This document shows positions 8,288 to 17,767 of a stretch of DNA of 64,000 nt, piece after piece. The stretch comes from Gemmatimonadales bacterium (GTDB lineage Bacteria > Gemmatimonadota > Gemmatimonadetes > Gemmatimonadales > GWC2-71-9). The first letter of the stretch is position 1. Each line of letters starts with the position of its first letter. The notes beneath the pieces were generated by a model that saw only the letters and a list, made by a program, of their open reading frames with translations, had not been told where the DNA came from and ran no database searches. Made by a program: the position numbers and the translations under genes. The DNA lies in assembly GCA_041615815.1 (NCBI GenBank), contig JBFJCP010000001.1, positions 192,001 to 256,000 on the forward strand. Direction: 5' to 3'.

Positions 8288-10498
8288 ATGGTGCTCCGGC
8301 TCAACGACGCGCAGCGTCACGCGGTGGAATACCGGGACGGCCCCTTGCTCGTCCTGGCCGGTGCCGGATCGGGCAAGACGTCGGTGCTCACCACACGCCT
8401 CGCCCATCTCGTGGAAAACCACGACGTACCTCCGCACCGGCTCCTGGCCGTGACCTTCACCAATCGGGCCGCTGGCGAGATGCGGCGGCGCGTAGCGGAA
8501 CTGCTTGGCGAAGACCCAGTGGGCATGTGGATCGGTACGTTCCACTCGCTGGCCGCGCGTCTGCTCCGTCGCGAGGCACCACGTCTCGGGTTCACGTCCG
8601 GGTTTACCATCTACGACGAAGCGGACCGCCTGGCGCTGATCAAGCGTCTGCTCGAGGCTCGAGGATACGCGCAACGGGCGTTCCCACCACGACAGATCCA
8701 GTCGATCATTTCGGGGGCCAAGAATCGGATGATGCCCCCTGATGAATTGGCCGGGCAGAGCGACGACCGCACGAGCCGGGTCGCCGCCGAGATCTATCAC
8801 GCGATGCAAGAGGCCTTGGCGAGGGCCAACGCGATGGATTTCGACGACCTGCTGCTGCATCCGCTCCGCCTGTTCCGCGAGCATCCCGATCGCCTGGCTC
8901 ACTACCAGCGCCGCTTCGATTCCATTCTCGTAGACGAATTCCAAGACACCAACCGCGCGCAGTACCTCTTCGTCCGTTCCCTCGCCGCCACCCATCGCGA
9001 TATCTGCGTGGTGGGCGATGACGACCAGTCCATCTATAGCTGGCGGGGAGCGGACGTCCGAAACATGCTCGATTTCGAGCACGACTTCTCAGACGCGGCA
9101 ATCGTGCGCTTGGAAGAGAACTATCGATCGACGCAGATCATCCTGGACGCCGCCAATCACGTGATTGCCGAAAACCAGCAACGTCTCGGCAAGACGTTGT
9201 TCACCTCGAGGGCAGGAGGTGAGCCGGTGGTGTTGGTCACGGCGGCTGACGAACGTGACGAAGCGGAATGGCTGGCGCGGGAGTTCCGCGAACGCGCGGC
9301 GGTGGACCAGTACGGATATCGCGACATGGCGGTATTGTATCGCACCAACGCCCAGTCTCGAGCATTCGAAGAGGCGTTCCGCCGGTCCTCGATTCCATAC
9401 CGCGTGGTGGGCTCGGTGGGGTTCTACGAACGGCGGGAAGTGAAAGATCTGCTCGCCTACCTGCGGTTGGTCCTCAATCCTGCCGACGACGAAGCGTTTC
9501 TCCGTGCCGTGCAGGTACCCAAACGAGGCATCGGCGTGGCGACGCTGCGAATCCTCCAAGGGGCCGCCCATCAGTGGAGCAACCCGCTGCTGGCCACCGC
9601 CGGGATCGCGGATCGAATCGACAAGCTACGCGCTCACCCCGTCCGTCGGCTTGGCGAGTTCGCGGAGCTGATCGAGCGGTTGCGGGGTCACTTGAGCAGT
9701 ACGACACCGGCCGCGTTGCTCGAGGATATCATCGAGGCCATCGGCTATGAGGCCCACTTGGTGGCCGAAGGCCCGGAAGGCGTGGAGCGATTGGAGAACG
9801 TCCGCGAGCTCCTCGCCGCTGCCGCGGAGTGGTCCGAAGAGGTACCGGAGGACGACGAGGAAGAGGGCACCCCGATCGAACGATTCCTGGCGGATAGCGC
9901 GTTAGTCGAATCGGGAGACCTGACCGGTGGTGATCCCGACGGCGTGACTTTGATGACCGTGCATACCGCCAAAGGACTCGAGTGGCCCCTCGTCGCCGTG
10001 TGCGGTCTGGAGGAGGGCCTGTTCCCACTGAGTCGCGCCCTCGATACGCCGGAAGGCGCGGAAGAGGAGCGTCGATTGGCCTATGTGGCGATCACCCGGG
10101 CTCGCGATCGGTTGTTTACGACTTGGGCGCGGGCCAGGCGCCGCGCAGGACAATTGCTCCCCGGGGCTCCGTCGCGATTTCTCGACGCGATTCCAGCGAG
10201 CGTCATCGAGGAGCGTCGGACCAGCGGCGTCTTTGGTGGGGAGCTTCGTCGTGCACGAACCCGCCCGCCGGGTTGGATGATCGAAGAAACCGCCCCGGAA
10301 ATGGAATCCCAAGACGCCCCGCGGTTCGTGAAGGGCGAACGTGTGCGGCATCGCACCTTTGGCGGCGGGACGATTCGCGCCCTCGACGGACACGGGCGGA
10401 ACCTGAAGGTGGTCGTCGAGTTCGACGACGACGAAGTGGGGACGAAGCAGCTGCTGGTGGCCTACGCCGGTTTGGAACGCGACTGGGACGCCGCATGA
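8288..10498 (+). CDS. pcrA: UvrD/PcrA family ATP-dependent DNA helicase
   Basis: AGAGSGKT, DEFQDTN, NYRST, TVHTAKGLEW, EERRLAYVAITRA motifs; C-terminal tudor-like domain. Confidence 0.93.
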   Translation: MVLRLNDAQRHAVEYRDGPLLVLAGAGSGKTSVLTTRLAHLVENHDVPPHRLLAVTFTNRAAGEMRRRVAELLGEDPVGMWIGTFHSLAARLLRREAPRLGFTSGFTIYDEADRLALIKRLLEARGYAQRAFPPRQIQSIISGAKNRMMPPDELAGQSDDRTSRVAAEIYHAMQEALARANAMDFDDLLLHPLRLFREHPDRLAHYQRRFDSILVDEFQDTNRAQYLFVRSLAATHRDICVVGDDDQSIYSWRGADVRNMLDFEHDFSDAAIVRLEENYRSTQIILDAANHVIAENQQRLGKTLFTSRAGGEPVVLVTAADERDEAEWLAREFRERAAVDQYGYRDMAVLYRTNAQSRAFEEAFRRSSIPYRVVGSVGFYERREVKDLLAYLRLVLNPADDEAFLRAVQVPKRGIGVATLRILQGAAHQWSNPLLATAGIADRIDKLRAHPVRRLGEFAELIERLRGHLSSTTPAALLEDIIEAIGYEAHLVAEGPEGVERLENVRELLAAAAEWSEEVPEDDEEEGTPIERFLADSALVESGDLTGGDPDGVTLMTVHTAKGLEWPLVAVCGLEEGLFPLSRALDTPEGAEEERRLAYVAITRARDRLFTTWARARRRAGQLLPGAPSRFLDAIPASVIEERRTSGVFGGELRRARTRPPGWMIEETAPEMESQDAPRFVKGERVRHRTFGGGTIRALDGHGRNLKVVVEFDDDEVGTKQLLVAYAGLERDWDAA

Positions 10499-10800
10499 CG
10501 GACCTTGGCCCCACCGAGATCGCACGAATGGCCGCGCTTGCCCGGCTCGACGTCGACCCTCGATCCTTGCCGGAGCTCGCGAAGCAGATCGAGCGCATCC
10601 TCGAATACGTGTCTCAGCTCCCTGATCTCCCGGACACGGCGCTCGGCCCCGCAACATGGATAGACGCGACGATGCTTCCACCGCTTCGCACCGACGAGCG
10701 TCAGGAAGGTCGGCCGACCGTCCGGTCCGAGCAGTTCGCGCCGGAGTTCGAAGACGGCTTCTTCCTCGTTCCACGACCGGCGGCCATGGACGACGAATGA
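10495..10800 (+). CDS. gatC: Asp/Glu-tRNA amidotransferase subunit C
   Basis: MAALARL..., ILEYVSQL and APE.EDGFFLVP motifs; lies directly before gatA. Confidence 0.88.
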   Translation: MTDLGPTEIARMAALARLDVDPRSLPELAKQIERILEYVSQLPDLPDTALGPATWIDATMLPPLRTDERQEGRPTVRSEQFAPEFEDGFFLVPRPAAMDDE

Positions 10801-12191
10801 CCCAACTCATGGCTCGGGTCCGGGAAGCCGTGACCCGCATTGCGGCCGTCGAGACCAGCGGCCTCAACGCGGTGACCGCCTTCGACGCGGAGCGCGTGCT
10901 CGCGCAGGCTGCGCAGCAAGCCACCGTGTCGGCGCCAGGTCCGCTCAGGGGGCTCATCCTCGCCGTAAAGGACAACATTGCCACCACGGACGCCCCCACG
11001 ACGTGCGCTTCCAGAGTGCTCGAAGGCTACTACTCGCCGTTCGAAGCCACAGCCGTCGCCCGCCTCCGCGATGCCGGCGCGGTCATCGCCTGCAAGACGA
11101 ACCTCGATGAATTCGCCATGGGATCGTCAACGGAGCACTCGGCATGGGGACGCACGCGACACCCCGAGGACCCTCGGCTCGTGCCGGGCGGGTCCTCGGG
11201 CGGATCCGCGGCGCTGGTGGCCGCGGGAGCCGTGGATGCGGCGCTCGGGTCCGAGACAGGCGGTTCGGTGCGGCAGCCGGCGGCCTTCTGTGGCGTCGTG
11301 GGTGTGAAGCCGACCTACGGGCGCGTGTCGCGTTACGGACTCGTCGCGTTCGGGAGCTCGCTCGATCAGATCGGGGTGCTGGCGCGGTCCGTGAACACCG
11401 CTGGGGACGTGCTGAGGGTGATATCCGGCGCCGACCCCAACGATGCCACCTGCGCGCATATACCGCCGTTCGATTCACCGCCGACGCGGCAGAACCTCAG
11501 CGGGACCGTCGTGGGCGTCCCGGACGAGTACTTCCCCCAGGACGCCTTGGCTCCGGGCATTCGCACCATCTGTCTGACCATGCTCGATCGTCTGCGCGAG
11601 CTGGGAGCGGAGATCCGCGCCATCTCGCTGCCACACACCGCCCTCGCCATCCCAACGTACTACGTCATTGCGCCCGCCGAGGCCAGCTCGAACCTCGCCA
11701 GATATGACGGCGTGCGATATGGACTCCGGGTGACGCCTGACGAGGGAGACGTACAGGCCATGTACCGGGCCACTCGCGGAGCGGGATTCGGTCCCGAAGT
11801 CCGGCGCCGCATTATCGTGGGCACCTACGTGCTCTCGGCCGGGTATTACCAAGCCTTCTACGGCCGGGCAGTGACGGCACGACGGCGCATCGCCCACGAT
11901 TTTGACGCCGTCTTCGCGAGCGGCGTGGATCTGATCTTCGCCCCCACGACGCCCACGACCGCATTCGCGGCTGGAGAAAAGCTCAACGATCCGGTGGCCA
12001 TGTACCTGTCGGATGCGTTCGTGTGTCCGACGAACCTCGCGGGGTTGCCGGCCATTTCCGTTCCTCTCGGTCGATCGTGCGGCCACCCCGTTGGCGGACA
12101 GTTCATCGCCCCGCGCTTTGCCGAAGGTCCCATGCTCGCGGCGGCCGCCGTGCTCGAACTCGCCGCCGAACCGGAGAGGGACTTCGCGTGA
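10797..12191 (+). CDS. gatA: Asp/Glu-tRNA amidotransferase subunit A
   Basis: KDN, KTNLDEFAMGSSTE, GGSSGGS, ETGGSVRQP and SSNLARYDG motifs. Confidence 0.96.
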   Translation: MTQLMARVREAVTRIAAVETSGLNAVTAFDAERVLAQAAQQATVSAPGPLRGLILAVKDNIATTDAPTTCASRVLEGYYSPFEATAVARLRDAGAVIACKTNLDEFAMGSSTEHSAWGRTRHPEDPRLVPGGSSGGSAALVAAGAVDAALGSETGGSVRQPAAFCGVVGVKPTYGRVSRYGLVAFGSSLDQIGVLARSVNTAGDVLRVISGADPNDATCAHIPPFDSPPTRQNLSGTVVGVPDEYFPQDALAPGIRTICLTMLDRLRELGAEIRAISLPHTALAIPTYYVIAPAEASSNLARYDGVRYGLRVTPDEGDVQAMYRATRGAGFGPEVRRRIIVGTYVLSAGYYQAFYGRAVTARRRIAHDFDAVFASGVDLIFAPTTPTTAFAAGEKLNDPVAMYLSDAFVCPTNLAGLPAISVPLGRSCGHPVGGQFIAPRFAEGPMLAAAAVLELAAEPERDFA

Positions 12192-13603
12192 CGTGGGAGA
12201 CGGTCATCGGGCTCGAGGTACACGTCCAACTCGAGACGGCCACGAAGATGTTTTGTGCTTGCTCCACCGTTTTTGGGGATCAACCCAACACCAACGTGTG
12301 TCCCGTCTGCCTCGGATTACCCGGCGCCCTTCCCGTTCCGAACGCCGGGGCGGTGCGGCTTGCCGTGCGAGCGGCCGTCGCGCTCGACTGCACCATCCAC
12401 GATGAAAGTGTCTTTGCCAGGAAGCACTATTTCTACCCGGATCTTCCCAAAGGCTATCAGATCTCGCAGTTCGCCCAACCCCTCGCCACCGGGGGTAGCG
12501 TGCTGATCGAATCCTCGCAGGGACCAAAGCGCATCGGCTTGACCCGACTCCATCTCGAGGAAGACGCTGGAAAGTCCCTCCACGATCGGGTGCCGAACCG
12601 CACGGCGCTGGACTTCAACCGCTGTGGGGTACCACTCATCGAGATCGTGTCCGAACCCGAACTCCGTAGCCCAGCGGACGCGCGCCTGTACTTGGGCGAG
12701 TTGAAACAGATCCTCGAGTACGTCGAAGTCTCCGATTGCAATATGGAAGAGGGAAGCCTTCGGGTTGACGCCAACCTCTCGGTCCGACGCCCAGATCAAC
12801 CGTTGGGCACCAAACAGGAAATCAAGAATCTGAACTCCTTCGCCGCGGTCGAGCGCGCCCTCGCCGACCTGCGAGATCGCCAGATCGCGCAGCTCGAGCA
12901 AGGCCGGCCGGTTGGGTCCACCACGTATTCCGCGGCCACCGGGACGTTACGAGAGCTTCGAGGCAAAGAGGAGAGCCACGACTATCGGTATTTCCCCGAT
13001 CCCGACCTTCCCATCCTCACGCTTGCGCGATGTGGGATCCACGTCGAGGCTGAGCGCGCCGCGCTCCCCGAACTACCTGCCGCCCGACACCGGCGGTTCG
13101 TGTCGGCCTACGGGCTGACCGAGTCGGACGCACAAGTGCTGATCGCGACTCGATCGCTGGCGGACTATTTCGAGGCGGTCGCCACCGAGGGCGCCGATCC
13201 GAAGACCGCCGCCAACTGGGTCATGGGATCGGTCCTCGCCGACGCCAACGAGCACGAAGGGAGGTTCCGCGTCGCACCACACCGTCTCGCGGCGCTGATC
13301 GCCCTCGTGGAGGGTGGGGGTGTCAGTCTCCAGGCCGCCAAACGCGTCTTCGGCGCTCTCGCAGACGGTGACGAGCATCCCCGCGCTGCCGCGGAACGCT
13401 TGGGTCTCGTGCAGGTCGGGGACCCTGGGGCCGTGGACGGTTGGGTGCAGGAGGTACTCGATGCCCACCCGGATGAGGTGGCACGGTATCGTGGCGGTGA
13501 GCGCAGATTGTTCGGGTTCTTCATGGGAGAGGCAATGAAGGCGTCGCGCGGTCGGGCTGATCCCATTCTCGTCCGCCGCCTCTTGCAGCAGCGGTTGCGG
13601 TGA
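12188..13603 (+). CDS. gatB: Asp/Glu-tRNA amidotransferase subunit B
   Basis: VIGLEVHVQL, YFYPDLPKGYQISQ, HLEEDAGK and DYRYFPDPDLP motifs; GTG start overlaps gatA stop. Confidence 0.96.
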   Translation: MTWETVIGLEVHVQLETATKMFCACSTVFGDQPNTNVCPVCLGLPGALPVPNAGAVRLAVRAAVALDCTIHDESVFARKHYFYPDLPKGYQISQFAQPLATGGSVLIESSQGPKRIGLTRLHLEEDAGKSLHDRVPNRTALDFNRCGVPLIEIVSEPELRSPADARLYLGELKQILEYVEVSDCNMEEGSLRVDANLSVRRPDQPLGTKQEIKNLNSFAAVERALADLRDRQIAQLEQGRPVGSTTYSAATGTLRELRGKEESHDYRYFPDPDLPILTLARCGIHVEAERAALPELPAARHRRFVSAYGLTESDAQVLIATRSLADYFEAVATEGADPKTAANWVMGSVLADANEHEGRFRVAPHRLAALIALVEGGGVSLQAAKRVFGALADGDEHPRAAAERLGLVQVGDPGAVDGWVQEVLDAHPDEVARYRGGERRLFGFFMGEAMKASRGRADPILVRRLLQQRLR

Positions 13604-13607
13604 GGCG

Positions 13608-14543
13608 CTACGGCGTATCCTGGCCCCCCCGCCAGGGGGCCTGCGCATCGGAGGTCTCCCAAAACCCGAGTTCGTAACTGGGCAACCCAAAGCGCTCGTC
13701 GGCCAGCTCGGCGAGTTGGTCTCGATCACTCGGCAAGCGCGCCCGCATGACGTCGAGCCGCATCCGCTTGGCCAACATGAGGGAGGCCTCGCCCGAGGGA
13801 TCGAGCCGATGCGCCGCCCCGTCTCCGTCGCTCAAGATCTCCATCACCAGCTGGAATGCCACCGCCATATGCTCCTCCACGGCGGTCTCCGAGAGATCCC
13901 AGCGACTCGCCTCGGCCATTAGGCGAAACGCGCGCTGCCAGCTCTGGGTCTCCGTGATCCCCACCATGCCGCGAAACAGACGTCGGCTGGTGCGGACCGA
14001 GAAGATGGTCGGCGCCAAAATGCGATCGAGGTGTGCATCGGCACTCCCGTGATCAAAGCGGATCACCTCCATCGCCGTCCGCGCAAACTGGTCACCGAGA
14101 TGGGTCTCGAACCGACTTTCCCAGTAGGAGTGCCCCAAGGCAATCGTAGTGGAGGTCACCACCAACTGTCGGGGGACGAAGAAATTGTGGGCCACCGTAT
14201 CCGCCGCTAGATGCGCCAGATACCCGAGACCGAAGGCGCGAAGGTTGTCCGTCTCAGCGGAATCGTGAATCTGCTGGCCCACGTGCCACGAGTGACAATG
14301 CCGTCCAACTGGCGCGTACTTCTTCGCCATCGACGTATCGGCGGCGATGTTGCCATAGAGAAAATCGTAGGGAAACGCCCGGAGGAGGTCGGCCACCCGC
14401 GCAGGAAGTTGAGGCAGGTTGGCGAGGACGGTCTCGCCAAGGAAGATGTGCGTACCGGGCGTCCACGCGTTGGCGACGTCGGGAAACACCACGAGGGCGA
14501 AGAGAGCCGCCGCCGTGGCCAGCAGGATCCAGCGAAGCTGCAC
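13608..14543 (-). CDS. Zinc-dependent phospholipase C / P1-nuclease-like exported protein
   Basis: Signal peptide ending ANA, then W-x4-H; G..AAD, HLAADTVAHN and H.YWE zinc-ligand motifs; GTG start at 14543. Confidence 0.78.
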   Translation of the reverse strand: MQLRWILLATAAALFALVVFPDVANAWTPGTHIFLGETVLANLPQLPARVADLLRAFPYDFLYGNIAADTSMAKKYAPVGRHCHSWHVGQQIHDSAETDNLRAFGLGYLAHLAADTVAHNFFVPRQLVVTSTTIALGHSYWESRFETHLGDQFARTAMEVIRFDHGSADAHLDRILAPTIFSVRTSRRLFRGMVGITETQSWQRAFRLMAEASRWDLSETAVEEHMAVAFQLVMEILSDGDGAAHRLDPSGEASLMLAKRMRLDVMRARLPSDRDQLAELADERFGLPSYELGFWETSDAQAPWRGGQDTP

Positions 14544-14547
14544 CCGG

Positions 14548-14997
14548 TTAGCGTCCCCGTCCGAGGAAGGCTCGTCGCATCTTTCGGAAGACGCGCGCGC
14601 CGCGCCGAGTCGTGCGAAGCGCCGAGGCGACATCGAGCATCGTGTCTTCCACCTCCTCCTGCACCACCTCCAACAACGCGTCGAGATCTTGGAGACGCTC
14701 CTGAGCGGCGTCACTGACGCGCAGGAGACCTCCGCGGAGTTTGTCCGCGGTTTCGGCAAACTCACCGGTCTCCCGAGCCACCAACGCGGTGATCTTGGCC
14801 GTGTCCTCGAGGACCCCCCGGGCCAACTGGATGGTGGGGCGGGCTTCGTCATCCATCCAGTCCACCATATTCTCCAGTCGACCCCACATGTGTTTCTGCA
14901 GCCGAGCAAACCACATCAACCACGCCACGGCGGAGATGACGAAGAGGAGTGCGATGACTGCCAACGAAATCGCCGCTACCGCGGCCCAAGCGGTCAT
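14548..14997 (-). CDS. Membrane-anchored helical protein (DUF948-like)
   Basis: N-terminal TM helix followed by amphipathic coiled coil; SD GGAG before ATG. Confidence 0.6.
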   Translation of the reverse strand: MTAWAAVAAISLAVIALLFVISAVAWLMWFARLQKHMWGRLENMVDWMDDEARPTIQLARGVLEDTAKITALVARETGEFAETADKLRGGLLRVSDAAQERLQDLDALLEVVQEEVEDTMLDVASALRTTRRGARVFRKMRRAFLGRGR

Positions 14998-15115
14998 GGT
15001 CTTCTCCTGAAAGGCTTCAGCACAACAAGGAGTTAGAAGATCCCCTGGCCTCCCGCACAGTGTCAAGCGATGCGCTTGCGCAGCGGGGCAGGGGAAGCGT
15101 ATGGTTCGCCCCACG

Positions 15116-16411
15116 ATGCCCCAGTGCTTCCGCGTGACAGGGGGCGTTCCGCTGCATGGAACGGTACGGCCGGCGGGCAACAAGAATGCAGCGCTGCCCA
15201 TCCTGGCCGCGACGCTCCTCGCGGACACCCCATCCGAAATCCACAACGTCCCGCGAATCGGGGACGTGGACGGACTCCTCGCGATCCTGGGCGAGTTGGG
15301 CGTCGAGAGTGAGTGGCGGGAGGACGACGTGCTCCGCGTGGATCCCGCCGGGCTCGCGTCCCGCCGGCTCAATCCGGCCCTCTGTGCCAAGTTGCGCGCG
15401 TCCATTCTGCTGGCCGGCCCCCTCTTGGCACGGTTCGGAAGCGTCGCGCTCCCACCCCCTGGAGGCGACGTGATCGGGCGCCGGCGGCTCGACAGCCACT
15501 TCCTCGCGTTCGAGCGAATGGGCACCGAGGTCACGATCGGCGCGGACTATCATCTCGAGGGACGGAACCTCGAGGGCGCCGACATCTTTCTGGACGAACC
15601 GAGCGTGACGGCCACCGAAAACGCGCTCATGGCGGCGACGGCGGCCACCGGACGCACGGTCCTCCGCAACGCGGCCTCGGAACCCCATGTGCAAGACCTC
15701 GCCCGCGCGCTTCAGGCCATGGGTGCACACATCGAAGGCGTGGGCACGAACATGCTGACCATCGAAGGGGGACGACCCCTCCGCGGCAGCACGCTCGACG
15801 TGGGTCCCGATCACGTGGAGATCGGAAGCTTCATCGGCCTCGCTGCCATTACCAATGGCCACCTGGTGATCGACAACGCCCGGCCCGATGACCTCCGCAG
15901 CATTCTGCTGAATTTCGATCGCCTCGGCGTGCGCCCCCGTTTCGACGGGCAGCACCTCGTGGTCGATCCACACCAAGAACGCCGCATCCAACCCGACTTG
16001 GGCGGACATATCCCCAAGATCGAGGACGGACCGTGGCCCGCCTTTCCGGCGGACCTCACCTCGATTGCAGTGGTGGTCGCCACACAGTGTGATGGTATGG
16101 TGTTGGTCTTCGAAAAGATGTTCGAATCGCGCTTGTTCTTCGTGGACAAGTTGGTGGGCCTCGGAGCGCGGCTTCTCCTGTGCGATCCCCACCGCGTGGT
16201 CATCTCTGGTCCATCCCCACTGCGGGGCGGCGTGGTGGAGAGCCCCGACATTCGCGCCGGCATGGCCATGCTGCTCGCCGCGCTCGCCGCCCAGGGTGAA
16301 AGTGAGATCCACAACATCGGCCAGATCGACCGCGGGTACGAGCGGATCGATGAGCGTCTTCGCGCGCTGGGCGCCCAAATCGAACGGGTCGAGCTGGGCG
16401 ACCGCCGGTGA
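15116..16411 (+). CDS. murA: UDP-N-acetylglucosamine 1-carboxyvinyltransferase
   Basis: GNKNAALP, LRASILL, SVTATEN, PAFPAD and DIRAG motifs; start 15116 preferred (15101 also possible). Confidence 0.96.
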   Translation: MPQCFRVTGGVPLHGTVRPAGNKNAALPILAATLLADTPSEIHNVPRIGDVDGLLAILGELGVESEWREDDVLRVDPAGLASRRLNPALCAKLRASILLAGPLLARFGSVALPPPGGDVIGRRRLDSHFLAFERMGTEVTIGADYHLEGRNLEGADIFLDEPSVTATENALMAATAATGRTVLRNAASEPHVQDLARALQAMGAHIEGVGTNMLTIEGGRPLRGSTLDVGPDHVEIGSFIGLAAITNGHLVIDNARPDDLRSILLNFDRLGVRPRFDGQHLVVDPHQERRIQPDLGGHIPKIEDGPWPAFPADLTSIAVVVATQCDGMVLVFEKMFESRLFFVDKLVGLGARLLLCDPHRVVISGPSPLRGGVVESPDIRAGMAMLLAALAAQGESEIHNIGQIDRGYERIDERLRALGAQIERVELGDRR

Positions 16412-17169
16412 CCTCCCTGGCGTTGGAGCGCTCGGAGATCGCCGTCGACGACCCCGAGCTTGCGCGGTACGCACTCACCCACTGGCAGGACGAATTCGAC
16501 GTCGTGGCCGGCGTCACCGCTCGGGCGCACAGCTTTCCGATTGACCGCCAGGCTGCGCAACCGCGTCCGGGGTCGCCGGATTGGCAGCTCGCGAGGGACC
16601 GTTTCGCCCCCGGGTTCACCAGCATCGTCGTCGGGGCTCAGGTGCACGGCACCCGTCTTGGGACCCATGCCGACCCATCCCCGGGGCTTTATGTGCTGCC
16701 AGCGCTCGACGGGCACGTGGCGACCACACCGGGGCTCCTCTTGACCGTGACGCTGGCGGACTGCATCCCCGTGTATCTGCTGCATCCGGCGTCCGGCACC
16801 CTGGCCCTGCTGCACGCCGGCTGGCGCGGCACGGCCGCCGGGATCCTCGAATTGGGAGTCGAACGCCTATGCGCCCTCGGAGGAGCCTCCCCCAAAGAGG
16901 TCGTAGCTCATTGCGGTGTTGGCATTTGCGGGGCATGTTACGAGGTGGGGTCTGAGGTTGTTCGTGCCGTCACCGGACACACGGACGGGGAGGCCGGACG
17001 GCTCGACCTTCGGCAAGAGCTCGCGCAGCGGGCCGTCCGCGGCGGACTTGCGCGGGTGACGGTGAGCGCCTGGTGCACAGCGCACGACCACGATCGCTTC
17101 CACTCCCACCGTCGGTCCGGCGGGGGGCCGGGGCGGATGATCGCATATCTAGGCCGGCCGGTGACTTGA
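16408..17169 (+). CDS. YfiH/PgeF polyphenol-oxidase-family protein
   Basis: QVHG, ADCIP, HAGWRG, CYEVG and SHRR motifs. Confidence 0.88.
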   Translation: MTSLALERSEIAVDDPELARYALTHWQDEFDVVAGVTARAHSFPIDRQAAQPRPGSPDWQLARDRFAPGFTSIVVGAQVHGTRLGTHADPSPGLYVLPALDGHVATTPGLLLTVTLADCIPVYLLHPASGTLALLHAGWRGTAAGILELGVERLCALGGASPKEVVAHCGVGICGACYEVGSEVVRAVTGHTDGEAGRLDLRQELAQRAVRGGLARVTVSAWCTAHDHDRFHSHRRSGGGPGRMIAYLGRPVT

Positions 17170-17194
17170 ACCTCTTCCGGCTTGGCGGTAGCTT
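17166..17194 (+). promoter_or_regulatory. Sigma70-type promoter of the rimP operon
   Basis: TTGAAC-17-TAGCTT. Confidence 0.6.
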
Positions 17195-17214
17195 TGAGAT
17201 CTTAAGCGTGCGGG

Positions 17215-17242
17215 TGCGGGTCGTCGGGCCCGCGTTTTTTTT
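17215..17242 (+). promoter_or_regulatory. rimP leader attenuator (terminator-like hairpin in the 5' UTR)
   Basis: GCGGGTC-GTCG-GGCCCGC stem followed by T8, just before the rimP ATG; matches the known rimP-leader layout. Confidence 0.7.
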
Positions 17243-17248
17243 GGACGA

Positions 17249-17758
17249 ATGGACAGCTCCCTGACGGACCTGACCGCCGAAATCCGACGGCGCGTGACCT
17301 CGCTTGGGTACGAGCTGGTCGATCTCCGCAAACGCGGTACCCGGACACGGGTGGTGCTGCAGATCCGGGTCGACCGGCCGGACGCGGCGCCGGGTCAGGG
17401 CATCACGGTGGAGGAATGCGCCGCCGTCAACCGCGGCCTCCAGGAATGGCTGGACGGAAGCGGCGTGTTGGGCTCCCGCTACGTGCTCGAGGTCTCTTCG
17501 CCCGGCATCGAGCGCCCGGTGCGGTGGCGTGAGCATTGGGAGCGTTTCGTGGGACGTGAGGTCACCGTACGGGTGCCGGAACGGGGTCGCCTGCGCGCGA
17601 AGATTGTGCGGGTTCCCCCGGGCAGCGACGACGTGGTGCTGCGTCCGGCGGACAGTGACGAAGAGATCACAGTGCCCCTGGGGGAGGCCCGGGACGCAAA
17701 ACTCGTGGTGGACTGGTCCGCGTTCGACTGGTCGGCCACTCCTGAGAAGAAGGAATAG
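17249..17758 (+). CDS. rimP: Ribosome maturation factor RimP
   Basis: GITVEEC and YVLEVSSPGIERP motifs; operon position. Confidence 0.95.
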   Translation: MDSSLTDLTAEIRRRVTSLGYELVDLRKRGTRTRVVLQIRVDRPDAAPGQGITVEECAAVNRGLQEWLDGSGVLGSRYVLEVSSPGIERPVRWREHWERFVGREVTVRVPERGRLRAKIVRVPPGSDDVVLRPADSDEEITVPLGEARDAKLVVDWSAFDWSATPEKKE

Positions 17759-17767
17759 GTACGGGTC

